A DNA stretch of 64,000 nucleotides from Histomonas meleagridis 2922-C6/04-290x (taxonomy: Eukaryota > Protista > Parabasalia). Location: assembly GCA_020184695.1 (NCBI GenBank), contig JAANOX010000002.1:186001-250000 (forward strand). The letters run 5' to 3'. A model generated the notes under the pieces. The model saw nothing but the letters and a program-made list of their open reading frames with translations. It was not told where the DNA came from and made no database searches. Made by a program: the position numbers and the translations under genes. Shown one piece after another: positions 32,411 to 43,920 of this stretch (position 1 is the first letter of the stretch; each line of letters begins with the position of its first letter).

Positions 32411-32916
32411 TGGATATGGCGTTGGAACAGAAGAGTGTTCCCCAAAGTGATAACATAAAATATGAAGATGAAGATAGTGAAGCAAAGAATGAAAAAGCGA
32501 ATACATTTATTGAAGGAATGTCAAGTAAAAACATTGAAGAAGATCCTTTCTCAGATGATTTTAAAGATGAAAAATTTAATGTTCAAATCTAATTTGAACA
32601 AATGAAAATTAGTAAAAATAGTAAAATGGTAATTTTTTATTAAAAATGTGCAATTATGAAACCAAAGCTTTAAGCTAAAGAATGAAAATATCAGCTCAGA
32701 TTCCATTCTGTAGCATATTTCGTTTATTTTCAAAAATCCGTTTCAATAGGAAATTCTATTAACGATAACTGATTTTCAGAACAATAATACCGTTTACTGC
32801 TTTGAATTCTCTATCGGTTGTCTACGGATTAAGTAAAGCTTTTATCGTACTTTTCAATATACTATTCAAATGGATGACGACAAACATAGTCAATCGGATG
32901 TTTGGCCTTTCTACAT

Positions 32917-33489
32917 ATGACGAGCCACAACTTCGGCCGTACTTTCAAGAAACCAATGCGTCCATATGAAAAGGAACGTATTCACCGTGAACTTAAGGTT
33001 GTCGGTGAATACGGCCTTAAGAACAAACGCGAACTTTGGAGGGTAAATTATACTCTTGCAAAAATCCGCAAAGCTGCACGTAACCTTCTCATGCTTCCAG
33101 AAAACGACACAAAACGTATTTTTGAAGGTGCTGCCCTCCTTCGTCGTCTCACACGTCTTGGTGTTCTTGATGAAACAAAGCAGAAACTCGATTATGTACT
33201 TTCACTCACACCAAACGATCTTCTTGATCGCCGTCTTCAAACGCAAGTTCATAAAGCTGCACTTGCCAAATCAATTCACCATGCTCGTACATTGATAAAT
33301 CATCGTCATATTGCAGTTGAAAACCAACTTGTCAACCAACCACAATTTCTTGTTTGGAAGGAATCTGAGCGAAATATTCGCTACGCTGATAATTCTGTTA
33401 TGACAACTGAAAAGGCTGGACGTAAGAGGAGAATGAGAGCTAAAGATGCTGCTAAGAAACAAGGAAAGGGTGATGACTTCTCTGAGTAA
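32917..33489 (+). CDS. RPS9: 40S ribosomal protein S9 (uS4)
   Basis: [49 protein letters not shown]; ATG at 32917, CCTTT (M5) at 32906-32910. Confidence 0.97.
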   Translation: MTSHNFGRTFKKPMRPYEKERIHRELKVVGEYGLKNKRELWRVNYTLAKIRKAARNLLMLPENDTKRIFEGAALLRRLTRLGVLDETKQKLDYVLSLTPNDLLDRRLQTQVHKAALAKSIHHARTLINHRHIAVENQLVNQPQFLVWKESERNIRYADNSVMTTEKAGRKRRMRAKDAAKKQGKGDDFSE

Positions 33490-33742
33490 ACAAATCTGAT
33501 TACGTTTGATTTTTGAATTACTATTTTAAAAATGTTGTTTCTTGTGAGATTTTCCCTGAGAAAACACGAACAACTCTTCATTTATTCTTTTTTATATGAA
33601 GTAATTTGAGTTCAAAGCTTTCACTAAGTGAATCACTGTTTCATTGTGACATCACACTAAAGCAAATGTAAACTATACAATTATTGAGAGTTTCCGTTTA
33701 CAATTAAAAATTCTGAAGCGTACGTTAGCTATTACAAGAGCG

Positions 33743-36286
33743 ATGTCTGATAGTTCACCACTTTCAACACCAATTCATTCAGAATCAGAATATTCAGAAT
33801 CAGATTCTGATGTACAATCAACACGAATTGGCGACAATTTTGAAAGTGAGCCTGAGGGCGAAGATTTGGCAGATACAGTTCGAACAGATTATAGAGCAAT
33901 TCCAGAACTTGATACATATGAAGATGCTGGATTGGATACTGCAACGTATGAACAAATGTCTGCTGAGGATCGCTTAAATGCAGAACTTGAAATTCGTAGA
34001 AGAAATCAAACAATGCGTGGTCCAGCAGATCTTGGATGGGACTCTGACGATGAAATGTCAATTATTGGAAGAAGAAACAGAATAAGACAAAGAGCTCGTG
34101 ATGGAGATCTTGATCCATTAAATGAATTATTCAAAGTCGATAATGATAATCCAGTTATTCTTCAAGACGTTACAGGGCCGCTTACACAATATCTCGAAAG
34201 ACCAGAAATTCGTCATGAAATTGCACGCAGATTTCATGATTTTTTAATTAATTACAAAAGTGGTGACGGCGAGCCATTATACATTAACAGAATCAAACAA
34301 ATGGCTTCTCAAAACAGAATTAGCTTTGAGGTTTCATATGTTCATTTAGCTCAACATACGCCAATTATTGGAATTTGGCTTGGAGATGCACCAACTCAAA
34401 TATTAGAAATTTTGGATGATGCAGCTTTTGCACTTGTTACTAACAATGCACTTTTCCCTGAATTTACAAGAATTTCTCCAGAAATACATGTTCGTATATC
34501 TGATCTTCAAATTGTAGATGAGCTTCGGAACTTACGTCAGATACATCTTAATGCACTTATCAAAACTCGTGGTGTTGTTACAAAACGTACATCAGTTTTT
34601 CCACAACTTCGAATCGTTAAATGGAAATGTTCTAGATGTGGTAACACAATTGGTCCATTTCCGGTAACAGATGAAAAACCAGTTCCACCTAATTATTGCC
34701 CTGTTTGCACAGCTAAAAGCGGATTTACAATAGATACAGCATCGACCGTTTACAGAAATTATCAAAGAATTACAATTCAAGAGCCTCCAGGCTCAGTACA
34801 ACCAGGTCGTTTACCACGTACCAAGGAAGTTGTTTTATATGCAGACTTAGCAGATTGTTGTCGACCAGGTGAAGAAGTTGAAATCACAGGAATTTACAAA
34901 CACATGATGGACATTCGTCGTCAAGGCTTTCCAGTATTTTCCACAATGATTGAAGCTAATCATGTTTCTCGTAGTGGTGATTCATATTCAGCAATATCAA
35001 TTACTAAAGAAGAAGAGCAACAAATCATTGAACTTTCAAAACAACCAGACATTTCAAAGACAATTTTCGAATCTATTGCACCCTCAATCTTTGGACATGA
35101 AAATATCAAAGCGGCGATAGCACTTTCTTTATTTGGAGGCCGTCGGAAAGACTTCAGAGATCGCCATAACATCAGAGGCGACATAAACGTTCTCCTTTTG
35201 GGGGACCCCGGAACTGCCAAATCGCAATTTCTGAAATATGCCGAATCTATTGCGCCACGTGCAGTATTCACAACAGGCAAAGGTGCATCTGCTGTTGGAC
35301 TTACAGCGTCAGTCCATTTAGAACATTCGACAGGTGAATGGACGTTAGAAGGCGGAGCATTAGTTTTAGCAGATGGCGGCGTCTGTTTAATTGACGAGTT
35401 CGACAAGATGAGTGATAAAGATCGCACGTCAATTCATGAAGCTATGGAACAACAATCAATCTCAATCTCAAAAGCTGGCATTGTCACAACATTATTAGCA
35501 CGCTGCTCGGTCATTGCAGCATGTAATCCCATCCATGGGCGCTATGATGGGTCATTATCCTTTTCACAAAATTCGGGTTTATCGGAACCGATTTTATCAC
35601 GTTTCGATGTTTTATGTGTTGTTAAAGATGTTGTAGATTCGATACTTGATGCGAAATTAGCTGATTACGTCATTAAATCACATCAAGGCGAAACACATCA
35701 AAACGGGTTAGACGAAGAAATATTGCGGAAGTACATTGCATATGCGCGAAAGAATGTTCAGCCGAAACTAAGTGATATCGATAACCAGAAACTTGTTTCG
35801 TTATATAATGAGTTGAGAGAAGAAAGTGAAAAAGGTGGCGGAGCAAGAATTACTGTTCGACATTTGGAATCGATCATTCGACTTGCTGAAGCACACGCGA
35901 GACTTCACTTGAGGAATAATGTGATTGAGTCCGATGTGAATTTTGCGATTTCGTTGATATTGGAATCATTTGTTTCGACTGAGAAATATGCGAATAAGAA
36001 ATACTTGGAAAAGAAATTCAGTAGATATTTGGTATACGGAAGGGATAGAAATGATTTGCTGTTACATGTGATACATACAATGGTGAGAGAAAGAATCGCG
36101 TTCATGAACTTGAGAAGAAGCGGGATTGAGTATGAGGATAAAACGAGAAAAATAGTGATAAAGAAAAGTGATTTCGAGGCAAGGGCAAAAGACATCGGAG
36201 TGAACGATTTCCATACGTTTTATCAATCTCAAAAGTTTAGAAATGATTTCATGCAAACAGATACAGAAATTATACGTGAAGCTTAA
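33743..36286 (+). CDS. MCM2: DNA replication licensing factor MCM2
   Basis: N-terminal DYRAIPELDTYE...LD, Zn finger CSRC...CPVC, GDPGTAKSQ, IDEFDKM, SRFD. Confidence 0.96.
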   Translation: MSDSSPLSTPIHSESEYSESDSDVQSTRIGDNFESEPEGEDLADTVRTDYRAIPELDTYEDAGLDTATYEQMSAEDRLNAELEIRRRNQTMRGPADLGWDSDDEMSIIGRRNRIRQRARDGDLDPLNELFKVDNDNPVILQDVTGPLTQYLERPEIRHEIARRFHDFLINYKSGDGEPLYINRIKQMASQNRISFEVSYVHLAQHTPIIGIWLGDAPTQILEILDDAAFALVTNNALFPEFTRISPEIHVRISDLQIVDELRNLRQIHLNALIKTRGVVTKRTSVFPQLRIVKWKCSRCGNTIGPFPVTDEKPVPPNYCPVCTAKSGFTIDTASTVYRNYQRITIQEPPGSVQPGRLPRTKEVVLYADLADCCRPGEEVEITGIYKHMMDIRRQGFPVFSTMIEANHVSRSGDSYSAISITKEEEQQIIELSKQPDISKTIFESIAPSIFGHENIKAAIALSLFGGRRKDFRDRHNIRGDINVLLLGDPGTAKSQFLKYAESIAPRAVFTTGKGASAVGLTASVHLEHSTGEWTLEGGALVLADGGVCLIDEFDKMSDKDRTSIHEAMEQQSISISKAGIVTTLLARCSVIAACNPIHGRYDGSLSFSQNSGLSEPILSRFDVLCVVKDVVDSILDAKLADYVIKSHQGETHQNGLDEEILRKYIAYARKNVQPKLSDIDNQKLVSLYNELREESEKGGGARITVRHLESIIRLAEAHARLHLRNNVIESDVNFAISLILESFVSTEKYANKKYLEKKFSRYLVYGRDRNDLLLHVIHTMVRERIAFMNLRRSGIEYEDKTRKIVIKKSDFEARAKDIGVNDFHTFYQSQKFRNDFMQTDTEIIREA

Positions 36287-36873
36287 ATAAAATTATTTTT
36301 TTTGATAATTTTGTAATAATATGATTTATGGTGACTTAGAAAAAGATGAAAGAACACAATACAAAGCTTCAACGTTGAAGCTTAAAATCGATTTTTTAAT
36401 GTGCTTGTGATTATCTTATTCTTTCCAAAAAAATTTTGGATAAATTGGGTTATCCTTAGCAATGTATTGATGTTACGCCTTATAAACAATTTTTTGGTAG
36501 TATCATTTTGCTAAGGTTTCAGTCATTCACATCTAAGTGAATCTTATTAATTCCAAATCAATGGTATAATTAATTATAAGAAAGAAAAAGTCAATCTTTG
36601 TCTCAAAAACGTATAGCCTCAATGACCTAAAGAAGTGTTAGTTCAATAATTGTTTTCTTTCCTTTTAAGAAACCCACAAGATAACCGAATCAACCCAGCC
36701 AAATAACTGATTCAAATTTGAATAATTCTTTGGTGAGTTGAACACAAATTCAATCCGATTGAATATTCAATTGAAATTGAGTGGGAAATTGTCCGGGGAT
36801 ATTGAAAACTCAGATTTAAACGTATATTCTTATGAAAAATTGAATACTTTCAGTTCAGCTCCCAAAGCGCTCC

Positions 36874-37479
36874 ATGAACTTTGCTCAGAGGGGGAATCAA
36901 ATAATCACAGTTCCACCTCACACACATGTTATGCGAACATCTAAAGCACCAATAAAATCTAAGTTCAGCCTTCAAGAAGATGCAAAATTATTATCTTTAG
37001 TTTTGGAACATGGAACAAAGAATTGGATTCAAATCTCTCAACTCATGGGTACTAGAAATCCTAGACAATGCAGAGAAAGGTGGAATAATTACATAAATCC
37101 TGATTTAAGGAAAGATCCTTGGACTCCTGAAGAAGATAAAATCCTTGAGGAGAAATATGCAGAGATAGGACCAAAGTGGAATAAGCTTGCTCGATTTTTT
37201 GAAAATCGATCTGATAATAGTATTCGTAATCGTTGGATGATGATTTCAAGACATCGTTCAGTAGCAACAAACCCAAACAACACAAATAATGTTGAGCCTG
37301 TATCACGTGCTAAGAGTTGTAAGCCACAATTGCCGACAAGTCCAGAAACAATCAAAGTTGTTTCATCAAATTTGGGAGATTTCAAATCTTTTGAAGAACC
37401 CTTTATCTTTAACACTGAATTTGACTTTACTTTCGAAGAAAAAAGGTTTGACGCTTGGGAGAATTTTTCATTCTTCTAA
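36874..37479 (+). CDS. R2R3 Myb transcription factor
   Basis: KFSLQEDAKLL...RNPRQCRERWNNYINPDLRKDPWTPEED...RSDNSIRNRW. Confidence 0.93.
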   Translation: MNFAQRGNQIITVPPHTHVMRTSKAPIKSKFSLQEDAKLLSLVLEHGTKNWIQISQLMGTRNPRQCRERWNNYINPDLRKDPWTPEEDKILEEKYAEIGPKWNKLARFFENRSDNSIRNRWMMISRHRSVATNPNNTNNVEPVSRAKSCKPQLPTSPETIKVVSSNLGDFKSFEEPFIFNTEFDFTFEEKRFDAWENFSFF

Positions 37480-38413
37480 AAAATTTTAAGTTTTGATTTT
37501 TTTCACACTCTGAATTCCATTCAAATATTGAATACATGGAGATTTTACGATAGGTTTAGATCGCTTTTATTTGTGTGCGAAGAGTTAACTCTTTAAGTGT
37601 GTATTCGCTTATTAATATTATATTTTTAATCGTTAAATATGATGTCATTCGTTTTGAAAATAAATTTGGTGATTTTTTCAAAATTAATTTTTGTTGATAT
37701 AATCGAAAAATCAAAAACTCGACATGTTAACTTTATCCATTTATAGGAATTGTTGATATATCTTCGTAAAGTACATTCAAGATAATAATAATTTATGTCG
37801 TAAGCTGTTCGATATGAAGTGATTTTTACAACAAGTTTCGAAATGCTCCATGAACAAAGTTCATATAAATACTGTATAATGGCATTTACTACAGTAATAA
37901 GTTTGTTGTATGGTTTCATTGATGAAGAAAAAGAATATGAATTTAGTCAAATTTTTTGTCAGTATCACAAAAAGTCATATTTTGAAACTTTATTTCAGAA
38001 AAAACTACCTATTTAAATGCGGCATTTTTTTCTTGGAACATGCAAAATGATAAAAAACTTCATATTTTCACATCCAATAAATGAACAAATTCGTGAACAA
38101 CTTTTTTTGATTATTCGCACTAAATCTTTATGTATATATACAATATCAATTCCTTTTAGTTCATAAGCGTAAACATTTAACTGAAGAAAAATTGGTACAT
38201 AATTAATTAAATAGACATTTTTCTGATTAACAAATGAGCATCTTTTATACAGTGCTGGTATTATTGTTTGATTAAAATCAAAATTTCTGATTTTTTTTTT
38301 TTTGAGAAGATAATTGATTTAAAGACCTTTATTTAAATAAATATGAATTAGTGATAAACATCTTCTTTATTCATCAAAAAAAGGGTGGGGCAGAACTTTT
38401 TGCATCCTATAGT

Positions 38414-41047
38414 TCACGCAATAACACACGTGTTCCTTTTCTGACGAATTAAACTCACTATTTCTGTATGACCATTTTCAGATGCTTTCATAAGTGCTGT
38501 TCTAAATAATTCAAATAACTTCCAAATATTATTTTGAAATTTCAAATTATTAAAATAAATTTTAAATAAAATAAATAAATATCTTTAGCATCAATATCAA
38601 TTCCTTTTTGTTCAAGAAGTAATTTAACTATTTCTGTATGACCATATCGAGATGCCCATATAAGTGCTGTATTAAATATTTTAAATAGTTTCCAAATATT
38701 ATTTTGAAATTTCAAATTATTAAAATTAATTTTAAATAAAACAAATAAATATCCTTAGCATTAATATCAATTCCTTCTTGTTCAAGAAGTAATTTAACTA
38801 TTTCTGTACGACCATTTGAAGATGCTTTCATAAGTGCTGTTTGAAATAATTTAAATAATTTCCAAATATTATTTTGAAATATAAAATTTTTAAAATAAAT
38901 TTCACTTTTAGCATTAATATCAATTCCTTCTTGTTCTAGAAGTAATTTAACTATTTCTGTACGACCATTTGAAGATGCCAAAATAAGTGCTGTTACAAAT
39001 AATTTAAATAATTTCCAAATATTATTTTGAAATATAAAATTTTTAAAATAAATTTCACTTTTAGCATTAATATCAATTCCTTCTTGTTCTAGAAGCAATT
39101 TAACTATTTCTGTACGACCATTTGAAGATGCTTTCATAAGTGCTGTTTGAAATAATTTAAATAATTTCCAAATATTATTTTGAAATATAAAATTTTTAAA
39201 ATAAATTTCATTTTTAGCATTAATATCAATTCCTTCTTGTTCTAGAAGTAATTTAACTATTTCTGTACGACCATTTGAAGATGCCAAAATAAGTGCTGTA
39301 TCAAATAATTTAAATAATTTCCAAATATTATTTTGAAATAATAAATTATTAAAATAAATTCTTAATAAAACAAATAAATATCTTTATCATTAATATTTAT
39401 TCCTTTTTGTTCAAGAAGTAATTTAACTATTTCTATATGACCATTTTCAGATGCTCTAATAAGTGCTGTTTCAAATAATATATATAATTTCCAAATATTA
39501 TTTTGAAATAAGAAATTATTAAAACAAATATTAAATAAAATAAATAAATATTTTTGGCATTTATTTCAATTCCCTCTTGTTCTAGAAGCAATTTAACAAT
39601 TTCTGTGTGGCCACCAAAAGATGCAAACATAAATGTTGTAAAAAATAATTTAAATAATTTTCCTTTTATATTTTAAAACATAAAAATAATAAAATAATTA
39701 TTTTGTAAAACATGTAAATATTTTTTCCATTAATATCAATTCCTTCTTGTTTAAGCAGTAGTTTAACTACTTCTAAATTATGTTCAATAGAAGCAATCAT
39801 AAGTGCTGTATTAAATATTTTGCGTAATTTCCAAATCTATTTTTGAAATAATAAATTGTTAAAATAAGCTTTTTATAAAATATAAAAATATTTTTTGCAT
39901 TGATATTGATTCCGTTTTGTTCCAAAACATATTTAATAAGTTCAATATTACCTGATTCTGTACTAAAAATTAATATATTTTGTGGAATTTTTATATTTCG
40001 AAGAAAATGCTTAGTAAGATATAAGTTTCCAATCTTTGCTGTTTCATTAATAATATTGTTATTAATTGCCATTCCTTCTTCTAATAAAAATGCGAAAATT
40101 TCATAAGCAAAAAACTTCATACATTTTTCCCCTAAGAATTTTAAAGTATTAATTTCTTCAATTTTATTTTCATAAATATAATGAAAAATTTGGTTTTTAT
40201 GGAATTTAATTGCTGTTTCATATGCGCCAACAAATGATGAATGATTTTGTTCACATAAATGAATAATTTCTACATTTCCACCTGCAATTGCATATTTACC
40301 TGTATTTTCTACTTTTGCGCCATTCATAAGTAAATATTTAAAACATTTGATTGAAGAAAAAAATGCTGCATAATCAATTAATGAAACATTTCCTGTATTA
40401 ATAAATGAACATCTTTCATAAAGTGATGGTTTAATTCTTTGATTAAAATTAAAATTATTTTGTGATGATATTTCTTGAAATTTTTCGATTTCATCATTTC
40501 GAATTATTTTCGCAATATCATTTGGATTATGTCCTTCTTTAATTAATTGTTTGTGAACTTCAAAATTATTCCTTGAGAGTTCTTCATAATTCTTAAGAAA
40601 AGTATAACATAAGTGATCTTTTTTTATTCTTGTTTTGTTTTCTTTTTCTGTTTTATAGTGTGCAAAAAATTTTGACTGAATATTTTTAGTGATATTTTTA
40701 TGTAACAGATTCTTTTCAATCATTTCCTCAATAAGATAATAAGCCTCTTGTGATTTAATTTCAGAAATATAGGTTTGAAAAAAATCAATGATGTAATTAA
40801 TATTTTTGTTCTTTTCTTCTTCAGCTTGAATTGCTTGTAAATAATTTATATAAATAGAACTTTCTTTATTTTGTGAAATAAATGCAAAGTAAACTAAATT
40901 ACATATAATAAAATTAAATGAATACGAAAAATTGGAATCAAATAATTTCATAGTTTGATGAACTGACCATACAATATTTTCCTTAGTTAAATTAAATATT
41001 AATTGTTCAATTGAGACAAGTATCTTCAAATTATTTTCATCATCCAT
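38414..41047 (-). CDS. DUF3447-like/ankyrin gene C, spacer-interrupted (9 cores, 9 spacers, C-cap repeat)
   Basis: ATG at 41047; cores at 39979, 39809, 39639, 39469, 39299, 39146, 38993, 38840, 38670; terminal TALMKASENGHTEIVSLIRQKRNTCVIA* from 38500. Confidence 0.75.
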
Positions 41048-41399
41048 AATATGATTGACACTTTTATATGAACGCAAAAAGTTCTAATTGAGATAAAATT
41101 AGCAAATGCCCACAAGAAAAATGGGGCACTCCATACCAAACTCGCCTTAAAATTAAAAATGGTTGCATGATTTTTTTTAGAAATATCATTTTTCTAAAGG
41201 GCCGTTGCAATTCAGAATATGCCATCCTTTACATCCAAGTTCTGTTTATGGGGTTCTTCGCCAAAAATAAGCGTCGTTGAAAATTTGAAAGTACTCATTC
41301 AAAATATTGTTTGATTTACTTGTGCGACAGAAAAAAACAATAAACACTTTGTAAAAATAATGAACATTTAACCAAAAAAAAGACTTTTATGAAGTGAAA

Positions 41400-41714
41400 T
41401 TACCATGTTGGTTCAGCATGCTTCTTCTTCTTGTCAACCATCCATTCGAACTTCCTAAGACGACCAAGACAATACATTGAAGATTTCTTGCATTGTTGGC
41501 ATGTGAAACGAAGGCTGATCTTCTTTGATGTCTTCTTGCTACGACGGAGGAATGGTTTAACACGACCTACAAAACCCTCTTGCTTACGATCATATCTACG
41601 ACGACCTAAAGCAACTTTACGTTCTTCACCTCGGCTAGCTTGGGTTACCTTAACAGTGGTGTGCTTCTTGCAAAACTTGCAGAAGAATTTCTTAGTCTTT
41701 GGGTAATGCACCAT
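41400..41714 (-). CDS. RPL36A: 60S ribosomal protein L36a/L44 (eL42)
   Basis: MVHYPKTKKFFCKFCKKH...GRRRYDRKQEG...KTSKKISLRFTC..C; true ATG at 41714. Confidence 0.95.
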   Translation of the reverse strand: MVHYPKTKKFFCKFCKKHTTVKVTQASRGEERKVALGRRRYDRKQEGFVGRVKPFLRRSKKTSKKISLRFTCQQCKKSSMYCLGRLRKFEWMVDKKKKHAEPTW

Positions 41715-41715
41715 C

Positions 41716-41766
41716 TGCGGAAAGGAACGGCCAAACCGTAAACAACCGCTTCCAAGGTAAAGGCCG
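41716..41766 (-). promoter_or_regulatory. M3+M5-type core promoter of RPL36A
   Basis: Minus-strand AGCGGTTG (41743-41750), TACGGTTT (41733-41740), and CCTTT (41721-41725) just upstream of the ATG. Confidence 0.6.
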
Positions 41767-42592
41767 TTTAATTTTACCAAAATGCAATTGCACTAAATAA
41801 AAGTGTAGACATCTTTTTAACATTTCTTTCTGTTTATATCATCTTTTAGAAAAAACAATCAAGTCTTGAAATAGGAGTTTACATGTGTAAAATGAAAACA
41901 TTAAAATTTGCAGTTGATGTCAAAACATTTCCAAAACACTCATTGAACAAATGGGCCAAACTCCAAGTAATTATCATAAATGAACTTTTACAACTATTAA
42001 ATAATGAAATAAATCAACAAATTTGCACACCTTCTGTTGGAAATTCAAGTTGATTCATTTGTATTCATATCGATTTGAATTTATTATTTTAGCTGGAGAT
42101 TAGATTTTTAATAATTGCGCTATTTTTTACTAAATCATGATATCAGAAATATTAAAAAACATAGTTTTACACTAACCATATCCAATTAAACTTTAAAGCA
42201 ACACCTGTACACAAAGAGAAAATCATTTTATTCAAGAAATTACACTTTTATGAAATTTAGTTGATGATTTAAAAAAAATATAAACACAATAAAAAAGGTA
42301 TTTTTAAGAGCAATCCAACAAAATCATTAATGCTTTCTTTAAAATCTCTCTTTCCTATGAAAAATTGGAATTTTTTTCATGGGAAGAATGTTCTTCCAAA
42401 AATAATAAAAAATTAAAACAACTTACTATTTTTTATTCTCGATGAAAAAAATTGTATCATCAATTATGAGATTTTAGTTGTCCTAATTTGGGGTTTCTAA
42501 ATCTTGTTTTTATTCAGAAAAATGTTTATTTCCGTTCGTTAATTTTTTTAACTTTTTGTTTGCAATAATTTTAAACGGAAGTTAAACAGAAA

Positions 42593-43504
42593 ATGTGCGA
42601 AGTGCCCCCTGCGAACAACCCAATAGCACCCACTCGGAACCGTAGTCGTGGAGGATCTACAAGCAAAAACCAAAAGTGGTCACCAGAAGAGGATGCTTTG
42701 CTGCGTGAAATTGTTTCTTCTCAACAAAGCATAAATTGGAAATCTGCAGAAGCACGCTTTCCAGGGAAAACTTCTCAACAAATCTTCGAAAGGTGGACCA
42801 AGGTTCTTGATCCAAAACTAACAAAAGGTTCTTGGACCAGACAAGAAGATGAAATAATCATCAATTTCGTAGCTGCTAATGGGTGTAAAACATGGACTAA
42901 GCTTGCTTCATTGCTTCCAGGACGAATTGGAAAGCAATGTCGTGAGAGATGGTTTAACCATCTTGATCCGAACATAAGCAGAAGCCCATGGACACCAGAG
43001 GAAGACAGGATTTTGTATAAACTTCACAAAGAATATGGAAACCATTGGTCTAAGATATCACAGCACATGCCTACAAGGACAGATAACATGATAAAGAACA
43101 GATGGTATTCTGTTCTCTCAAAGAAGTCTCCTCCTCCCTCAGAGGAACAGACGCCCATTAGTACCAATGAAAACACAAATGAAGTGGCCAAAGAAGAATA
43201 TGTTCTTCCAAAACCAATTGAAGAACCAGTCACAGAACAAAAGCCAAGCTGGATGCAAACCACCGCAACACCATTTTCAATGACACCATTCCAAGGAACA
43301 CCATTGGGATCAATTTCGCCAATGATATCATGTTCACCATTTGCTCTGTTTTCGCCATGTGCAAAGCCGACATCATACTTTAGCCCATGGCAAACAGAGA
43401 CGCCAACAAAGAACGTGTTTATGTCGCCTACAAAACAAAAAAATTCACCGCCATCGTTATCGGAGAATCGAATCGAACTTATGAATCTCCTTGTACACCA
43501 ATGA
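42593..43504 (+). CDS. Three-repeat Myb transcription factor
   Basis: Three Myb repeats: KWSPEED, SWTRQED, PWTPEED; GKQCRERW; S/T-P-rich tail. Confidence 0.93.
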   Translation: MCEVPPANNPIAPTRNRSRGGSTSKNQKWSPEEDALLREIVSSQQSINWKSAEARFPGKTSQQIFERWTKVLDPKLTKGSWTRQEDEIIINFVAANGCKTWTKLASLLPGRIGKQCRERWFNHLDPNISRSPWTPEEDRILYKLHKEYGNHWSKISQHMPTRTDNMIKNRWYSVLSKKSPPPSEEQTPISTNENTNEVAKEEYVLPKPIEEPVTEQKPSWMQTTATPFSMTPFQGTPLGSISPMISCSPFALFSPCAKPTSYFSPWQTETPTKNVFMSPTKQKNSPPSLSENRIELMNLLVHQ

Positions 43505-43920
43505 ATAAATATGTCTTGTTGCAACTAAGTATTTGTTTTGTACGTTGTGCTACATGAAATCTAAAAAATGTTTCCGAATTTTTAATAGTAAAAATGCTTT
43601 AATGACACCAAGTACTTATTTAGAGATATTATGCTGAAGTAAATTATTCGTGCTTTAGTTTCATGGGAAACTTAGTTCAATAAGAAAGTTAAGAAAAAAG
43701 CATCTTATAGTATCAATTTCAATAGAAAACAATCGTTTGCTATTCAATTGCCAGTCAATTTCCCTATCGGCCAGATACTTCGCATCAGAAGGAATGTAAT
43801 TTTTTAACAGAAATTTGTTTTAAAAGTATATTTGATTTAAAATTTAAAATCACATTAATGTAAAAAGATCATAGAGAAAAATTTTAAGTTGTATTACAAA
43901 GCAAAGTTAACGCATAAAAT

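Noticed and set aside
41715-41780. N-terminal extension or intron upstream of RPL36A (ends ...TTCCGCAG-ATG)
   Set aside because: Starts at TTG and has no CTAAC branch motif; the GC-rich content is explained by M3/M5 promoter motifs.
41930-41975. BEACH-like shard (LIEQMGQTPS)
   Set aside because: Too short to support by eye.
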